Source: an uncultured Gammaproteobacteria bacterium
Lineage (GTDB): Bacteria > Patescibacteriota > Microgenomatia > Levybacterales > UBA12049
Reading direction: 5' to 3'
NCBI GenBank assembly: GCA_964571255.1
Contig: CAZNAA010000001.1
Location: 620,666-684,665 of the forward strand
Length of the DNA: 64,000 nt
The position numbers and the translations under genes were made by a program. Under the pieces are notes generated by a model, which saw only the letters and a program-made list of their open reading frames with translations, was not told the origin of the DNA and did no database searches. Below are positions 9,402 to 19,867 of the stretch, one piece after another; the stretch's first letter is position 1, and the number at the start of each line of letters is the position of its first letter.

Positions 9402-10675
9402 TGGATCAGGAAGAACTTGCCCTTGACGCTATTCGAAAAAAGTTAGTTGGAAAATCTCTTAACTATAAAGAGATTTATGCCATTATGGATGAGATTGCCC
9501 ATGAGAAATTGGGAAATATCTTAACCACCTATTTTGCTGCATCTGGCTACTCAAAAGGATTTAGTGATGAAGAGCTATACTTTTTAACCAAAGCCATGGT
9601 AGAAACAGGGGAAAGGTTACGATTTGATGGAATTGTTGCTGATAAACACTCTATTGGCGGAGTTCCAGGAACAAGAACCACAATGATTGTTGTCCCCATT
9701 ATTGCCAGTGCAGGATTTACTATCCCCAAAAGTTCTTCTCGAGCCATCACAACTCCTGGAGGAACGGCAGATGATATGGAAGTTTTATGTCCAGTAACCT
9801 TTGATAAAGAAGAAATCTATAAAATTGTTGAGAAAACAAATGGCTGTATTGTCTGGGGAGGCAGCTTTAATATTGCACCAGCTGATGATATTTTAATTAA
9901 AGTAGAAGCTCCTCTTCTTTTTGAAAGTTTTGACAAAATTATTGTCTCTATTTTGGCTAAAAAAATTGCCTTTGGTTCAACTCATGTCATTATTGATCTT
10001 CCCTATGGAAAAGATGTCAAAGTTCATAGAGAATCTGATGCTCAAGTTCTGGCAGATAAATTTATCATGCTCTCTAAAAAATTCAAGATAAAACTTGAGG
10101 TCTTAATTCATAAAGTAGACGAACCTGCAGGACGGGGGCTAGGACCACTTCTTGAGACACGAGAGGCTCTTAGAGTTCTTGAACAACGAGAAGAGCGACC
10201 AATAGACCTTGAAGAGAGAGCACTGAATCTAGCAGGAAAGCTGCTTGATCTTTGTTTATCAGATTCTACGAAGCATTTACGAGAAACAGTATACGATCAA
10301 TATAAAACTGGTAGAGGCTGGGCTGAATATATTCTCTCCAGTGGTCAAGCTCATAAAAAAATGCTTGAGATTATTAAAGCACAAGGTGGAAAAGATACAG
10401 TACAAAGTATTGATCTGGAACCGGGAAAGTTTACTCATAGTGTCAAATCAACTCATTCAGGAAAAGTAAAAGGGATTAACAGTAAAAATGCAACCCTCCT
10501 TGCCAAAATCCTTGGAGCTCCACAAATGAAAACAGCAGGACTCTATTTAGACAAAAAAGACGGAGACAGTGTAGAAAAAGGAGAGAGTATATATACTCTT
10601 TATTCAGACGACGAGCATAACCTAAAAGAAGCTGTTGAATCAGTCAATCATTTTCCAGTCACTATTTTTTCCTAA
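9401..10675 (+). CDS. AMP/thymidine phosphorylase family protein (AMP phosphorylase-like)
   Basis: DKHSIGGVPG, IPKSSSRAITTPGGTADDMEV, WGG...APADD and SILAKK are motifs of the archaeal-type AMP phosphorylase clade. Confidence 0.88.
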   Translation: MDQEELALDAIRKKLVGKSLNYKEIYAIMDEIAHEKLGNILTTYFAASGYSKGFSDEELYFLTKAMVETGERLRFDGIVADKHSIGGVPGTRTTMIVVPIIASAGFTIPKSSSRAITTPGGTADDMEVLCPVTFDKEEIYKIVEKTNGCIVWGGSFNIAPADDILIKVEAPLLFESFDKIIVSILAKKIAFGSTHVIIDLPYGKDVKVHRESDAQVLADKFIMLSKKFKIKLEVLIHKVDEPAGRGLGPLLETREALRVLEQREERPIDLEERALNLAGKLLDLCLSDSTKHLRETVYDQYKTGRGWAEYILSSGQAHKKMLEIIKAQGGKDTVQSIDLEPGKFTHSVKSTHSGKVKGINSKNATLLAKILGAPQMKTAGLYLDKKDGDSVEKGESIYTLYSDDEHNLKEAVESVNHFPVTIFS

Positions 10676-11638
10676 ATGAAAAACCGTTTAAAACTTTTCA
10701 TTCTTATCATCCTCCTTTGTGGAGTTACCCTCAGTTTTGGAGCTTGGAATTGGGCAAATTCTCCAGCTGATTCAAAAAACACCGTTTCTTCTATGTTTGT
10801 TATTGCTAAAGGAGAAGGAATTCGCTCTATTGGAAAAAGCTTGAAAGAACAAGGATTAATTAAAAGTGAAATTGCGTTTTATCTTCTTGTAAAAGAAAAA
10901 AGCTTTGATAATAAAATTCAAGCAGGAGATTTTCGCCTATCTCCTTCTCTTTCCCTTGAACAAATTATAACAACGCTAACTCAAGGCTCTCTTGATGTGT
11001 GGGTAACCATTCCTGAAGGGAAAAGATCTGAGGAGATTGTTGCAATTTTAAAAAAACAGTTAGCAACAGTAACACCTTTATGGGAGGAGGAGTTTAAAAA
11101 ACATGAAGGCTACCTTTTCCCAGATACCTATCTTATCCCACAAGATGCTGATGCCTCCCTCGTCATTTCTCTTCTGACCTCAACATTTGAGAAAAAGTAC
11201 GAAGCTGCAGTAGTCAAACAAACCTCTCCTTACACCAAAGAAGAAATTGTTATTTTGGCGTCCCTCATTGAAAGAGAAGCAAAATTTCCAGAGGATCGAG
11301 AAAAAATATCCTCAGTTTTACATAATAGACTTGAGATTGGTATGGCGTTGCAAATTGATGCAACTGTTCAATATGCCCTAGGGTTTCAGACACAAGAGAA
11401 TAAATGGTGGAAGGGAAGTCTGACGAATACCGATTTGAAGAAAGTAAGTCCTTACAACACCTATCTTCACCCAGGCTTTCCTCCAACTCCTATTAGTAAT
11501 CCAGGCCTTGCCTCACTCTTAGCAGCAGCAAATCCTGATAATACCTCTTACCTCTATTACTTATCAGATAAAACAGGACATAATCACTACGCAGAAACAT
11601 TTGAACAGCATCAAGCAAACATTGCGAAGTATCTTTAA
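10676..11638 (+). CDS. mltG: endolytic transglycosylase MltG
   Basis: TIPEG, EGYLFPDTY, LASLIEREA, LQIDATVQYA, SPYNTY..PG.PPTPISNPG. Confidence 0.95.
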   Translation: MKNRLKLFILIILLCGVTLSFGAWNWANSPADSKNTVSSMFVIAKGEGIRSIGKSLKEQGLIKSEIAFYLLVKEKSFDNKIQAGDFRLSPSLSLEQIITTLTQGSLDVWVTIPEGKRSEEIVAILKKQLATVTPLWEEEFKKHEGYLFPDTYLIPQDADASLVISLLTSTFEKKYEAAVVKQTSPYTKEEIVILASLIEREAKFPEDREKISSVLHNRLEIGMALQIDATVQYALGFQTQENKWWKGSLTNTDLKKVSPYNTYLHPGFPPTPISNPGLASLLAAANPDNTSYLYYLSDKTGHNHYAETFEQHQANIAKYL

Positions 11639-12099
11639 GCACTCTTTTTCGTACTTCGTTTAAAAAAGCGACGAGGGGATTTAGGTGACTCTCCACTAGT
11701 CATAATCGATTCTTTTATCTCAGCTAATTTTTCTTGTGCTGTTTCAACCAATTCAAGTTTTTTTAGATCTGCAATTACATCGGTAACTTGCTCACCCATG
11801 GGCGTTTCTTCCATTTTTTCAACCACTGCTTCAATCGCTTTCTTGGCTGAAGTAGTTTTTTCTAACACCTGTTTCTCTATCTTCTTTTCAAAAGGGGATA
11901 AATGTTTTTTTGCATTCTCAACTGTTACCTTTCCTTCGTCAAGAAGCTTTTCCAACTCGGAGAGAACATCTTCTCCTTCTTTTCCAATCTTAGAAAGTAA
12001 CTCACGCCCTTTTTTGCTCGTTAAAAAAAGCGTTGCAGCTACTCCAACCACCACACCTACTACAAATCCGCTAGCTCCTTGAGACTTTTGTTCATCCAT
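11635..12099 (-). CDS. YtxH-like protein
   Basis: GFVVGVVVGVAATLFLT.KKGRELL N-terminus followed by a coiled coil. Confidence 0.65.
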   Translation of the reverse strand: MDEQKSQGASGFVVGVVVGVAATLFLTSKKGRELLSKIGKEGEDVLSELEKLLDEGKVTVENAKKHLSPFEKKIEKQVLEKTTSAKKAIEAVVEKMEETPMGEQVTDVIADLKKLELVETAQEKLAEIKESIMTSGESPKSPRRFFKRSTKKSA

Positions 12100-12101
12100 A
12101 C

Positions 12102-12362
12102 TTACTTTTTGTTTGAGAGAAGAGACTTGATAAGTTTAAAAATTCCTGTAATTGAGATCTCTTTTAGTATTCCTGAGATGTTTGAAAGTGGAGTAAGTAA
12201 CCCTTGAGCTGATGCATGAAGCTTTTCTACTGCAGTTCCAGCATTTTTAATAACCATTCGTACCTCTTTAATCAAAAGGAAAACTTGCACTCCAATAATC
12301 ACAAGAACAATCGTAATTGAAGTAAGAGTAAGAAGAAGAATGATTTGAACTGCTTCTGGCAT
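12102..12362 (-). CDS. small membrane protein (DUF948/YoxC-like)
   Basis: N-terminal TM plus amphipathic helix, directly upstream of the YtxH-like gene. Confidence 0.55.
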   Translation of the reverse strand: MPEAVQIILLLTLTSITIVLVIIGVQVFLLIKEVRMVIKNAGTAVEKLHASAQGLLTPLSNISGILKEISITGIFKLIKSLLSNKK

Positions 12363-12392
12363 ATATCAAGCTTAACAGAAACTACGGTGGTG

Positions 12393-13028
12393 TCAATTGT
12401 CTTGAATGACTACATCTCGTTTTATGATGGTTTCCTTACCAAAAGTATTGCGAGCAACGACAGTTATCGTATTACTCCCTGGAAAAAGAGTAATTACTTT
12501 ACTAAACTCTCCTTGCTCTGAAACTGTTACTTGATCTTCATTCACAAAGACCAAAACAGAGGGATCTGTCTCCCCTGTTACTCGGACATCTTGTCCAAAA
12601 CTCTCTTGATCTTTAGGAGAAGAGAGGGAGATTCGAGGAGGAAGAAAAGCTGCGCGGTATTGATAAAAAAGATAAGAAAAGATAATAAGAAGTACTCCTA
12701 AAACCAAAAAAATCATTCGCCTCAGTCTAAACCTGCCAGTTCGCACCGTATGTTCTTTCGTAAAACCTTTAGGAAGTATCCGGTACGCATTATTGGCGTC
12801 AAATTCCCGTTTAAAAAGAGGGATAATACGTCTAGACGGGATGCCTAAAAACTCAGCATAATTTTTGACAAACCCTTGAGCATAGGAAGGAGAGGGAAGT
12901 TTATTATACTCCCCTTTCTCAATTGCGCTAAGGAACGAAAGTTTAATTCGTGTTCCCTCTGCAACCTCTTGTAGTGTCAATTTTTTATAAAGACGAGTTT
13001 CTTGAAGAATCTGACCAACAGTGATCAT
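12393..13028 (-). CDS. RodZ-like HTH membrane protein with a C-terminal Ig-like domain
   Basis: TVGQILQETR...LSAIEKGEYNKLPS..YAQGFVKNYAEFLG, one TM, beta-rich C-terminus. Downstream of ftsK. Confidence 0.8.
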   Translation of the reverse strand: MITVGQILQETRLYKKLTLQEVAEGTRIKLSFLSAIEKGEYNKLPSPSYAQGFVKNYAEFLGIPSRRIIPLFKREFDANNAYRILPKGFTKEHTVRTGRFRLRRMIFLVLGVLLIIFSYLFYQYRAAFLPPRISLSSPKDQESFGQDVRVTGETDPSVLVFVNEDQVTVSEQGEFSKVITLFPGSNTITVVARNTFGKETIIKRDVVIQDN

Positions 13029-13031
13029 AAC

Positions 13032-15170
13032 TTACTCAGAAGTAGAACTATTATTCATCGATTGGAGAAATTCATCAGCGTTTCGAACCAATACGTCACG
13101 TGGCTTTGATCCCTCAGCGTGACTAATAATCCCCAATTCTTCTAATTGATCAATAATTCTAGCAGCTCGAGAATACCCTATCGAAAGCTTTCTTTGCAAG
13201 AAGGAAGCTGAGGCAGTATCAAATTGACAGACCAGTTTTATTACCTCCTCAAACAAAGGATCCCTCCCGTCACTACTCGTACCAGCCCCTGCTCCTCCTT
13301 TTCCATTCTTGCCTCCAACAGGTTGGTTCAAAATCTCCTCAGTATACTCAACCGGAATTTCTTTTGCTTTTAAGTAGTCAACGAGTTTTTTAATTTCCTT
13401 CTCACTAACCCAGGCTCCTTGAATACGCGTTGCTTTCGCTTGATCTGGGGGAACAAATAACATATCTCCTCTTCCAAGAAGTTTTTCAGCTCCTGGTGCG
13501 TCTAAGATTACTCGAGAGTCAATTTGTGAAGAAACGTTAAAGGCAATACGAGATGGAATATTAGCTTTAATTAAACCAGTTATCACGTTAACTGATGGAC
13601 GCTGCGTTGCTATTACTAAATGAATCCCTGTAGCTCGAGCCATTTGAGCAAGCCTAGCAATCGCATCTTCCACCTCAACAGGTGCAAACATCATAAGATC
13701 TGCTAGCTCGTCAATAATGATGACAATATAGGGAAGGGCTTGAAAGCCTGATAATTCGTTATAGGAATCAATATTTCGTACTGCTCTTTCAGCAAATAAT
13801 TTATATCTGCGATCCATCTCCGATACTGCCCATTTGAGAGCTGAAAGAATTTTTTCTACATCCACAATCACAGGAGTTAATAAGTGAGGAATTCCGTTAT
13901 AGGAGGTAAATTCAACTCGTTTTGGATCAACTAAGATAAGTTTAATTTCCTGAGGAGATGCTCTAAAAAGAAGAGACGTAATGATTTCATTCATGAGTCC
14001 TGATTTTCCAGATCCAGTGGTACCAGCAATTAAAACGTGTGGCATTTTGGCAATATCAGCAATAATTGGTGCTCCTGAAACGTCAAGACCAAGTGAGACT
14101 GCGAGTTTAGATTTACTTTTTTGCATAGCAGCAGAGCCAAGCATAGTTCGAAGCGGAACAACTTCCAAAGACTTATTCGGGATTTCAATACCTACTAAGT
14201 TTCGGCCAGGAATTGGAGCTTCAATACGAATTTGTCCTCCTGGGGCTTCTGTAGCAAGTGCTAGGTTTGAAGCAAGAGAGGTAATTTTGGTAACTTTTGT
14301 TCCAAGTGCAATTTCTAAAGCATACTGAGTGACAGCTGGTCCTAAATTTACCTCAGCAACTCTAGCTTCAATCCCAAAAGACTGAAGCGTTTTTTCAATA
14401 ACAGAGGCGATTTTATTCACGTCTCCACGTTCTGCCTTGGCACCTGGTGCATCAGAAAGAAGAGAAAGAGGCGGATACTCCCAAATTCCTGTTCCATTCG
14501 GAGTCATCATATTCGTAACAAGTTTTTCTGAGAGCAAATCTTCCTTTTTGGCTTGATTTACCGGTTTGTCATTTTGAATAGGAGGTGCAACCTGGTCTTT
14601 TTGTAATCCTTTAATTTGAATTGGTTTACTCCTATCTAAGGTTGATTCAGATTTTTTAAACAGAGAAAAAAGTGACCAAGGAACTAGTTTTTTTCCTACT
14701 TCTTTGATATTGATGACAATTTGTAAGAATTCATCAAAAGACGTGTCAAACATGACAATAGCTCCCACTAAGATACCAAAAATAAAGACCAATCCTGCTC
14801 CAGGAGTAGTTAAAATCTCTTGAAATATATGAAACAAACTGCCTCCTACTTCTCCACTTTTTGTAATACCAATGACTGAGAGGAAGAAAAGGAGAAATCC
14901 AATCGTGACATTAAGTCGGGAAAGAAAAAATTTCAGGTGGAGAATATAAAACCCACCAAAAAAAAGAAGAAAGGGAGCTAAGAATGATCCTCCACCAAAT
15001 TTTTGTTCTAAGAGTATGCCAACTTGTGCCATACTTCCTTCTTGATATACTAAGGAGAGAAATAGGAGTCCGGACACTAACAAACTCCCTGTTCCAAACA
15101 GGGTATAAATGGTATTTTTCTTTAGCTTTAATTTAAGCCCTCGTTTTCGATATCCTCGTTTTGATCCCAT
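13032..15170 (-). CDS. ftsK: DNA translocase FtsK/SpoIIIE
   Basis: 4-TM N-terminus, MPHVLIAGTTGSGKS, IIDELADLM, RATGIHLVIATQRPSV, gamma domain LQRKLSIGYSRAARIIDQLE. Confidence 0.97.
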   Translation of the reverse strand: MGSKRGYRKRGLKLKLKKNTIYTLFGTGSLLVSGLLFLSLVYQEGSMAQVGILLEQKFGGGSFLAPFLLFFGGFYILHLKFFLSRLNVTIGFLLFFLSVIGITKSGEVGGSLFHIFQEILTTPGAGLVFIFGILVGAIVMFDTSFDEFLQIVINIKEVGKKLVPWSLFSLFKKSESTLDRSKPIQIKGLQKDQVAPPIQNDKPVNQAKKEDLLSEKLVTNMMTPNGTGIWEYPPLSLLSDAPGAKAERGDVNKIASVIEKTLQSFGIEARVAEVNLGPAVTQYALEIALGTKVTKITSLASNLALATEAPGGQIRIEAPIPGRNLVGIEIPNKSLEVVPLRTMLGSAAMQKSKSKLAVSLGLDVSGAPIIADIAKMPHVLIAGTTGSGKSGLMNEIITSLLFRASPQEIKLILVDPKRVEFTSYNGIPHLLTPVIVDVEKILSALKWAVSEMDRRYKLFAERAVRNIDSYNELSGFQALPYIVIIIDELADLMMFAPVEVEDAIARLAQMARATGIHLVIATQRPSVNVITGLIKANIPSRIAFNVSSQIDSRVILDAPGAEKLLGRGDMLFVPPDQAKATRIQGAWVSEKEIKKLVDYLKAKEIPVEYTEEILNQPVGGKNGKGGAGAGTSSDGRDPLFEEVIKLVCQFDTASASFLQRKLSIGYSRAARIIDQLEELGIISHAEGSKPRDVLVRNADEFLQSMNNSSTSE

Positions 15171-15243
15171 AGGCAGAAAGATGCATTACTATAATAGCAC
15201 AACTCTCTCGATAAAAAGTGTTGCGACTTTTTGGGTATAGTCA

Positions 15244-16848
15244 TTACATTAAGCACGTAAACGGATGAGTTTTATCTTGTTTATAGATCCCACCCCACTC
15301 AACTACGGTGAATCCTTCTCGTTTAAATGTATGTATTTCAGGCTTTTCTATAGCAATAGGTGTATTAATAGGCTCGAAATAGAACATCACTCGAAGCAAA
15401 GAAGTAGGGGATGGAAAGACTGAAAGAGGAGATAATTCTGCAAGAGTTTCTTCAGAAACAAGCCCAACAAGATAATACGGAGACGATGGAAGAATTGGAT
15501 TCCAGTATTCTAAAAAGTCGTTTTTTTCTTTTTCATTAAGACCTACCTCAGTTAAAATCTTAGCTAAATCCTGAGACAAGGTAGAGGCGGGAAAGACATA
15601 GCCTTTAGTTGGTCTGCTAACTTTTTGATCAGGAAGTTTAGCTTCATAATATAAATAATCATAATATTTGTCTCCTCCCCAAATTTGTCCTGAGGGATGA
15701 GCGATAACACTCCATCCTGAAGTTGGGTAAGAAGGAGAAGTATAGGTCATCGGACCGACAGGTTTTACCAAAACATGTACAGGCTGTTTTATCTCTGGAT
15801 ACAGATATACAGCCGGCTTACATTCAGGAGTCCACCATCCCCATGGTTCAACTCCTGGTGCAATAGGGGTAAATGTGCCAATTTGAAGCGTATTTTTCCC
15901 ACTAGCTCCTGTAGTTTCTTCGTTGATTTGAAAGGACTTTGGATCTGGTACTGGATAAGCAGGCGAAACATATTTGTAAATGACTCCCTCTTCTCCTGGT
16001 TCTGGAGCATCATCAAAGAGAATCAGTTGGGGCATGATGGACTCACTAACGTAATGAGCAGAGTAGGTTTTTTGCTTCCCTTTATACGTAAAGGTATATT
16101 TCCCCCGAGGAAATTTATTTGATAAGTTATATTCTCCAGTCCCCGTTGTTTTATAATCATAGGCCAGAAGAGAGTATTTTGTATTTGCTGGCGGTTTAAT
16201 CTCGCATCTGTCACCAATCGGAACTCCATTTTGTGTCACAATATAACACCCGTCCCCTGAGCCATTCTGCCAGCTAGTAATAGCAGCGCTATTTAGCGAG
16301 GTTGGAGGATTTATATTTCCTGCTTCATCACGAGTTAAAGGCCGAGGACCGAGTTGAGAATTTAAATTACAATGCTCTTGAATAAAACCAGGAATTGGGT
16401 TGTTTTCTTCATAATAGACGTCAAAAAATATATAAACTGGACTATTTTGCTCTGGAGAAACATCTTGACTGACATCGACAAATACCATTTTAAAAGCATC
16501 ATCAGTCCACCCTGAGAGATAGATTCTATCATCAACAAAATATAACTCTCGTGTCTTTCCTTCGATAGTAATATTTTGTCCGGATTTTTCTAAATGCAGT
16601 GAGAGTTCTATTTTTAGAAATGGTACAGCTTTTCTAATGAGTCTGTAATTCTTACCATTAAAACTTAAAGGAGTACCTGAATTTGGAGGAATAACACATG
16701 GCTGAAGTTCTACATTTACGGAAGTTGGCGCGTTCGTCGTTTTGTCTGGTGTATAAAAGAGTCCTGAAAGTAATACGGCAAACACTGTTGCTACTCCCAA
16801 TCCTAAAATAACACTTAATTCAGAATCACCACGCAAAAGTTTTTTCAT
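15244..16848 (-). CDS. membrane-anchored hypothetical protein with a C-terminal KPxxYLYP...EWGG domain
   Basis: 534-aa ORF with an N-terminal TM and its own promoter TTGACA-17-TACAAT. C-terminal CKPAVYLYP...YLYYEA...F.EYW...FTVVEWGG domain of unknown function. Confidence 0.7.
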   Translation of the reverse strand: MKKLLRGDSELSVILGLGVATVFAVLLSGLFYTPDKTTNAPTSVNVELQPCVIPPNSGTPLSFNGKNYRLIRKAVPFLKIELSLHLEKSGQNITIEGKTRELYFVDDRIYLSGWTDDAFKMVFVDVSQDVSPEQNSPVYIFFDVYYEENNPIPGFIQEHCNLNSQLGPRPLTRDEAGNINPPTSLNSAAITSWQNGSGDGCYIVTQNGVPIGDRCEIKPPANTKYSLLAYDYKTTGTGEYNLSNKFPRGKYTFTYKGKQKTYSAHYVSESIMPQLILFDDAPEPGEEGVIYKYVSPAYPVPDPKSFQINEETTGASGKNTLQIGTFTPIAPGVEPWGWWTPECKPAVYLYPEIKQPVHVLVKPVGPMTYTSPSYPTSGWSVIAHPSGQIWGGDKYYDYLYYEAKLPDQKVSRPTKGYVFPASTLSQDLAKILTEVGLNEKEKNDFLEYWNPILPSSPYYLVGLVSEETLAELSPLSVFPSPTSLLRVMFYFEPINTPIAIEKPEIHTFKREGFTVVEWGGIYKQDKTHPFTCLM

Positions 16849-16892
16849 ATCAGATTACCTTTATTGTAGGTAAGGGAGGAATAGCTGTCAAA

Positions 16893-18629
16893 TTAGACTT
16901 CTATGACAACAGGCAAAATCAAAGGTCGTCTTTTGAGAACTTTAAAGATATGTCGAGTCGCAATATCTCCAACGAGTTTTCTCAAATGGACCCAGTTGGT
17001 TACTTTGCCTTTTTGTTTTCCTAGTGCAAGCTGAATTTCTTTAGGAAGAGAAAGAGATAGAGTTTTTTGATCATTAGGAGAAAAACCTCTGGTAACAAGA
17101 GAGGGTGCATCGACTAATTGTCCAGTTGAAGCATTCACTTCAGCCATCACGATAAGAATTCCTTCTTTAGCAAGCTTTTCTCTATCTCTAAGTACATATT
17201 GATCTACTTCTTCACCTGACACGTGGTCAACAAAAACAGTTTTGACTTCAATTTTCTTTCCGAGTCGTGCAACTCCATCCTCAAAAATAATTTCTTGCCC
17301 GTTTTCCGGAATAATTTGATGCGTCTGATCATATCCCATGGCGGTTGCAAGGAGTTTGTACGCCATCATATGTTTGTAATTTCCACTAGTTGGCAGAACG
17401 TATTCTGGCTTGGTCAATGAGATCATGAGTTGTAAATCCTGCTGACTTCCGTGTCCTGACACGTGATAGACTGCTCCACCTGGTGTTGAATAGAGAATTC
17501 TGACTCCCTTTTTCGCAACTGTATCAATAAGAGAGGTAACAGACACTTCGTTTCCAGGAATTGGATCAGCTGACATCACAATCATATCTTTTGGAGTCAG
17601 TTTAATTTCTCTATGTTCTCCATTAGCAATTCGAGTGAGAGCTGAGTTCTCCTGTCCCTGAGATCCAGCAGCCAATAATACTAATTGGTGATCAGGAATA
17701 TGATTAATCTGATCCATCTCCACTTCCATTCCAGCTGGAATTTTCATATACCCTAAACTTGAAGCCACATCTTTGACTTTTAACAGAGATCTTCCGATAA
17801 AACACACCTTTTTATTCAATTTGATGGCAGCAGCAAGAGTTTGATTCCATCTGGCAATTTGTGAGGAATAAGTAGTTAAAATAAACTTTCCTTCACACGA
17901 CCGCATGGCATTCTCAATCGTTTGTGCCAATGGTTGCTCAGTTGGAGAATGACCTGGTTTTTCTGCACCTAAACAGTCAGAAATCAGACACATCACCCCT
18001 TTTTTCCCGGCTTCTGTATATCCTTGAAAATCAGATCCCTTCCCGTCCTCTGGCATAAATTCAAATTTAAAATCTCCCGTATGAAGTAAATTCCCTGCAG
18101 GAGTTTGGATAAAAAGACTCGCACTATCTGGAACAGAGTGAGTGACATGAATAAACGTCACCGCAAAACTACCTATTTTGACGGTTGGATTTGAAAATTC
18201 CACTGGTTTTACGACTGGTTTGAGGCGAAAATCCAACAATTTGGCGTTAGCAAGTTGAGCTGTAAAGGGTGAAGCATAGATAGGAAAAGTTGTTTTTAAT
18301 TGAGGAAGAACAAACGGAAGAGCTCCGATATGATCTTCATGCCCGTGCGTTAAAACCATTCCAACAATTTTTTTGTTGGTAGTCAAAAGATAGGAGATAT
18401 CTGGGAGAAGAAGATCTACTCCAAGCATGGTTTCATCGGCAAAACCAATTCCACACTCTGCCAGTAAGATTTCGTCTCCATATTCATAAACGTACATGTT
18501 TTTAGTTACGTCCTCAACGCCACCAAGTGGCATGAAAGAAACTATTTTTCGACTCACCTTTACTTCAGGCTTGAGTTTATAATGAGGTTTTTGTGGTTGA
18601 GATGAAACTAAGGGTTGTATTGGATCCAT
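16893..18629 (-). CDS. rnj: ribonuclease J
   Basis: PLGG...KNMY, THGHEDHIG, HSVPD, HTGDFK, GSQGQ, HVSGH. Confidence 0.95.
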   Translation of the reverse strand: MDPIQPLVSSQPQKPHYKLKPEVKVSRKIVSFMPLGGVEDVTKNMYVYEYGDEILLAECGIGFADETMLGVDLLLPDISYLLTTNKKIVGMVLTHGHEDHIGALPFVLPQLKTTFPIYASPFTAQLANAKLLDFRLKPVVKPVEFSNPTVKIGSFAVTFIHVTHSVPDSASLFIQTPAGNLLHTGDFKFEFMPEDGKGSDFQGYTEAGKKGVMCLISDCLGAEKPGHSPTEQPLAQTIENAMRSCEGKFILTTYSSQIARWNQTLAAAIKLNKKVCFIGRSLLKVKDVASSLGYMKIPAGMEVEMDQINHIPDHQLVLLAAGSQGQENSALTRIANGEHREIKLTPKDMIVMSADPIPGNEVSVTSLIDTVAKKGVRILYSTPGGAVYHVSGHGSQQDLQLMISLTKPEYVLPTSGNYKHMMAYKLLATAMGYDQTHQIIPENGQEIIFEDGVARLGKKIEVKTVFVDHVSGEEVDQYVLRDREKLAKEGILIVMAEVNASTGQLVDAPSLVTRGFSPNDQKTLSLSLPKEIQLALGKQKGKVTNWVHLRKLVGDIATRHIFKVLKRRPLILPVVIEV

Positions 18630-18634
18630 ATGAG

Positions 18635-19810
18635 TTACCAGGAAGGTAAAAATTCTTTAATATTTGATTGATCTACCTTTACACTTTCTACTTTTCCCTC
18701 AACAATCATTCGTGCAACCTTTCGACACATGCCCTCAATCAGTCTTTCTAAACTTCGAATGCCTGAGTCAAATCCTAAAGGCCTAATAAGAAGCGGCCAA
18801 ACAGAATCATCCACTTGTAACTGAGGTTCTGATAATCCTGTTCCTAATCGCACTCTATTAAACAGATATTGTTTCGCAATGGTTATTTTCTCTTGATCTG
18901 TATAGGAGGGCATCTGGATGATCTCTAAACGGTCTAGAACTGCGGTTGAGATGTTTTTGGTATTATTTGCCGTTGCGATAAACAACACGTTTGAGAGATT
19001 TACTGGATAGTCAATATAATGATCGGTAAAAGCTGCATTTTGCTCAGGGTCTAATAACTCAATGAGAACTCCCATAATATCAGCCCGAGCATTATCAGCA
19101 ACTCTATCTAATTCATCAAGAAGAATCACAGGATTTTTTGTTCCTGCAACACTAAGTTTTTTAATAACGCTCCCTGGTTCTGCATCAGGATACGCTTTTG
19201 ACTGTCCTCTGAGGACTCGTGAATCTGCCATACCTCCAAATGGAATACGAGCAAACTTTCGCCCTAAGGCTTCAGCTATAGAAATTGCCAGGGTTGTTTT
19301 TCCTGTTCCAGCCAATCCAACAAGGCACAAAATAGGAGCATGAGAAATCGTGTCTTTTTTACCAGATTTGAGATTTAAAATAATCGTTGCTAAGTATTCC
19401 AAAATTCTATCTTTAATAGGGTCTAATCCATAATGATTCTTATCAAGAACTTGCTTGGCTTTAATCAAATCCAGTAAGTCCTCAGATTGCGTATTCCAAG
19501 GAAGTCCTAGTACCCAGGTAATGTATGAAGAAGTATTTTCGTACTCTAAAATATAGTTAGTACTCATATACCCACTACTGGCACGAACCAAAGCAAGGCG
19601 TGATACGCGCTCTAAAAGAGTTTGCTTTAAATCCGAAGGAAGCGTAGTTGATTCAACTCGCTCTCCTAATTTTCGAATTTGATCATTTGATTCTATCTTA
19701 TCATTTCCGTTTCCATTCGTTTGAATTTGTGGCACGTCAGTAGTACTCGTTGGAGAGGGGTCTAAAGGAGTTTGATGTGGCGCTTGAAACAGCGGATGAG
19801 TTGGATCCAT
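18635..19810 (-). CDS. Lon-family AAA+ ATPase lacking the LON N-domain and the Ser-Lys protease domain
   Basis: LPW...LDKNHYGL..IKDRILEYLA, Walker A GLAGTGKT, Walker B LLDELD, LDPEQN..F.DHY, LDRLEII, GIRSLER. Stops at IKEFLPSW where the protease domain would start. Confidence 0.85.
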   Translation of the reverse strand: MDPTHPLFQAPHQTPLDPSPTSTTDVPQIQTNGNGNDKIESNDQIRKLGERVESTTLPSDLKQTLLERVSRLALVRASSGYMSTNYILEYENTSSYITWVLGLPWNTQSEDLLDLIKAKQVLDKNHYGLDPIKDRILEYLATIILNLKSGKKDTISHAPILCLVGLAGTGKTTLAISIAEALGRKFARIPFGGMADSRVLRGQSKAYPDAEPGSVIKKLSVAGTKNPVILLDELDRVADNARADIMGVLIELLDPEQNAAFTDHYIDYPVNLSNVLFIATANNTKNISTAVLDRLEIIQMPSYTDQEKITIAKQYLFNRVRLGTGLSEPQLQVDDSVWPLLIRPLGFDSGIRSLERLIEGMCRKVARMIVEGKVESVKVDQSNIKEFLPSW

Positions 19811-19867
19811 ATATGTAATACTATACAGCATTTATAAAACCGGAGCAAAATGAGTCAAAGACTACTC

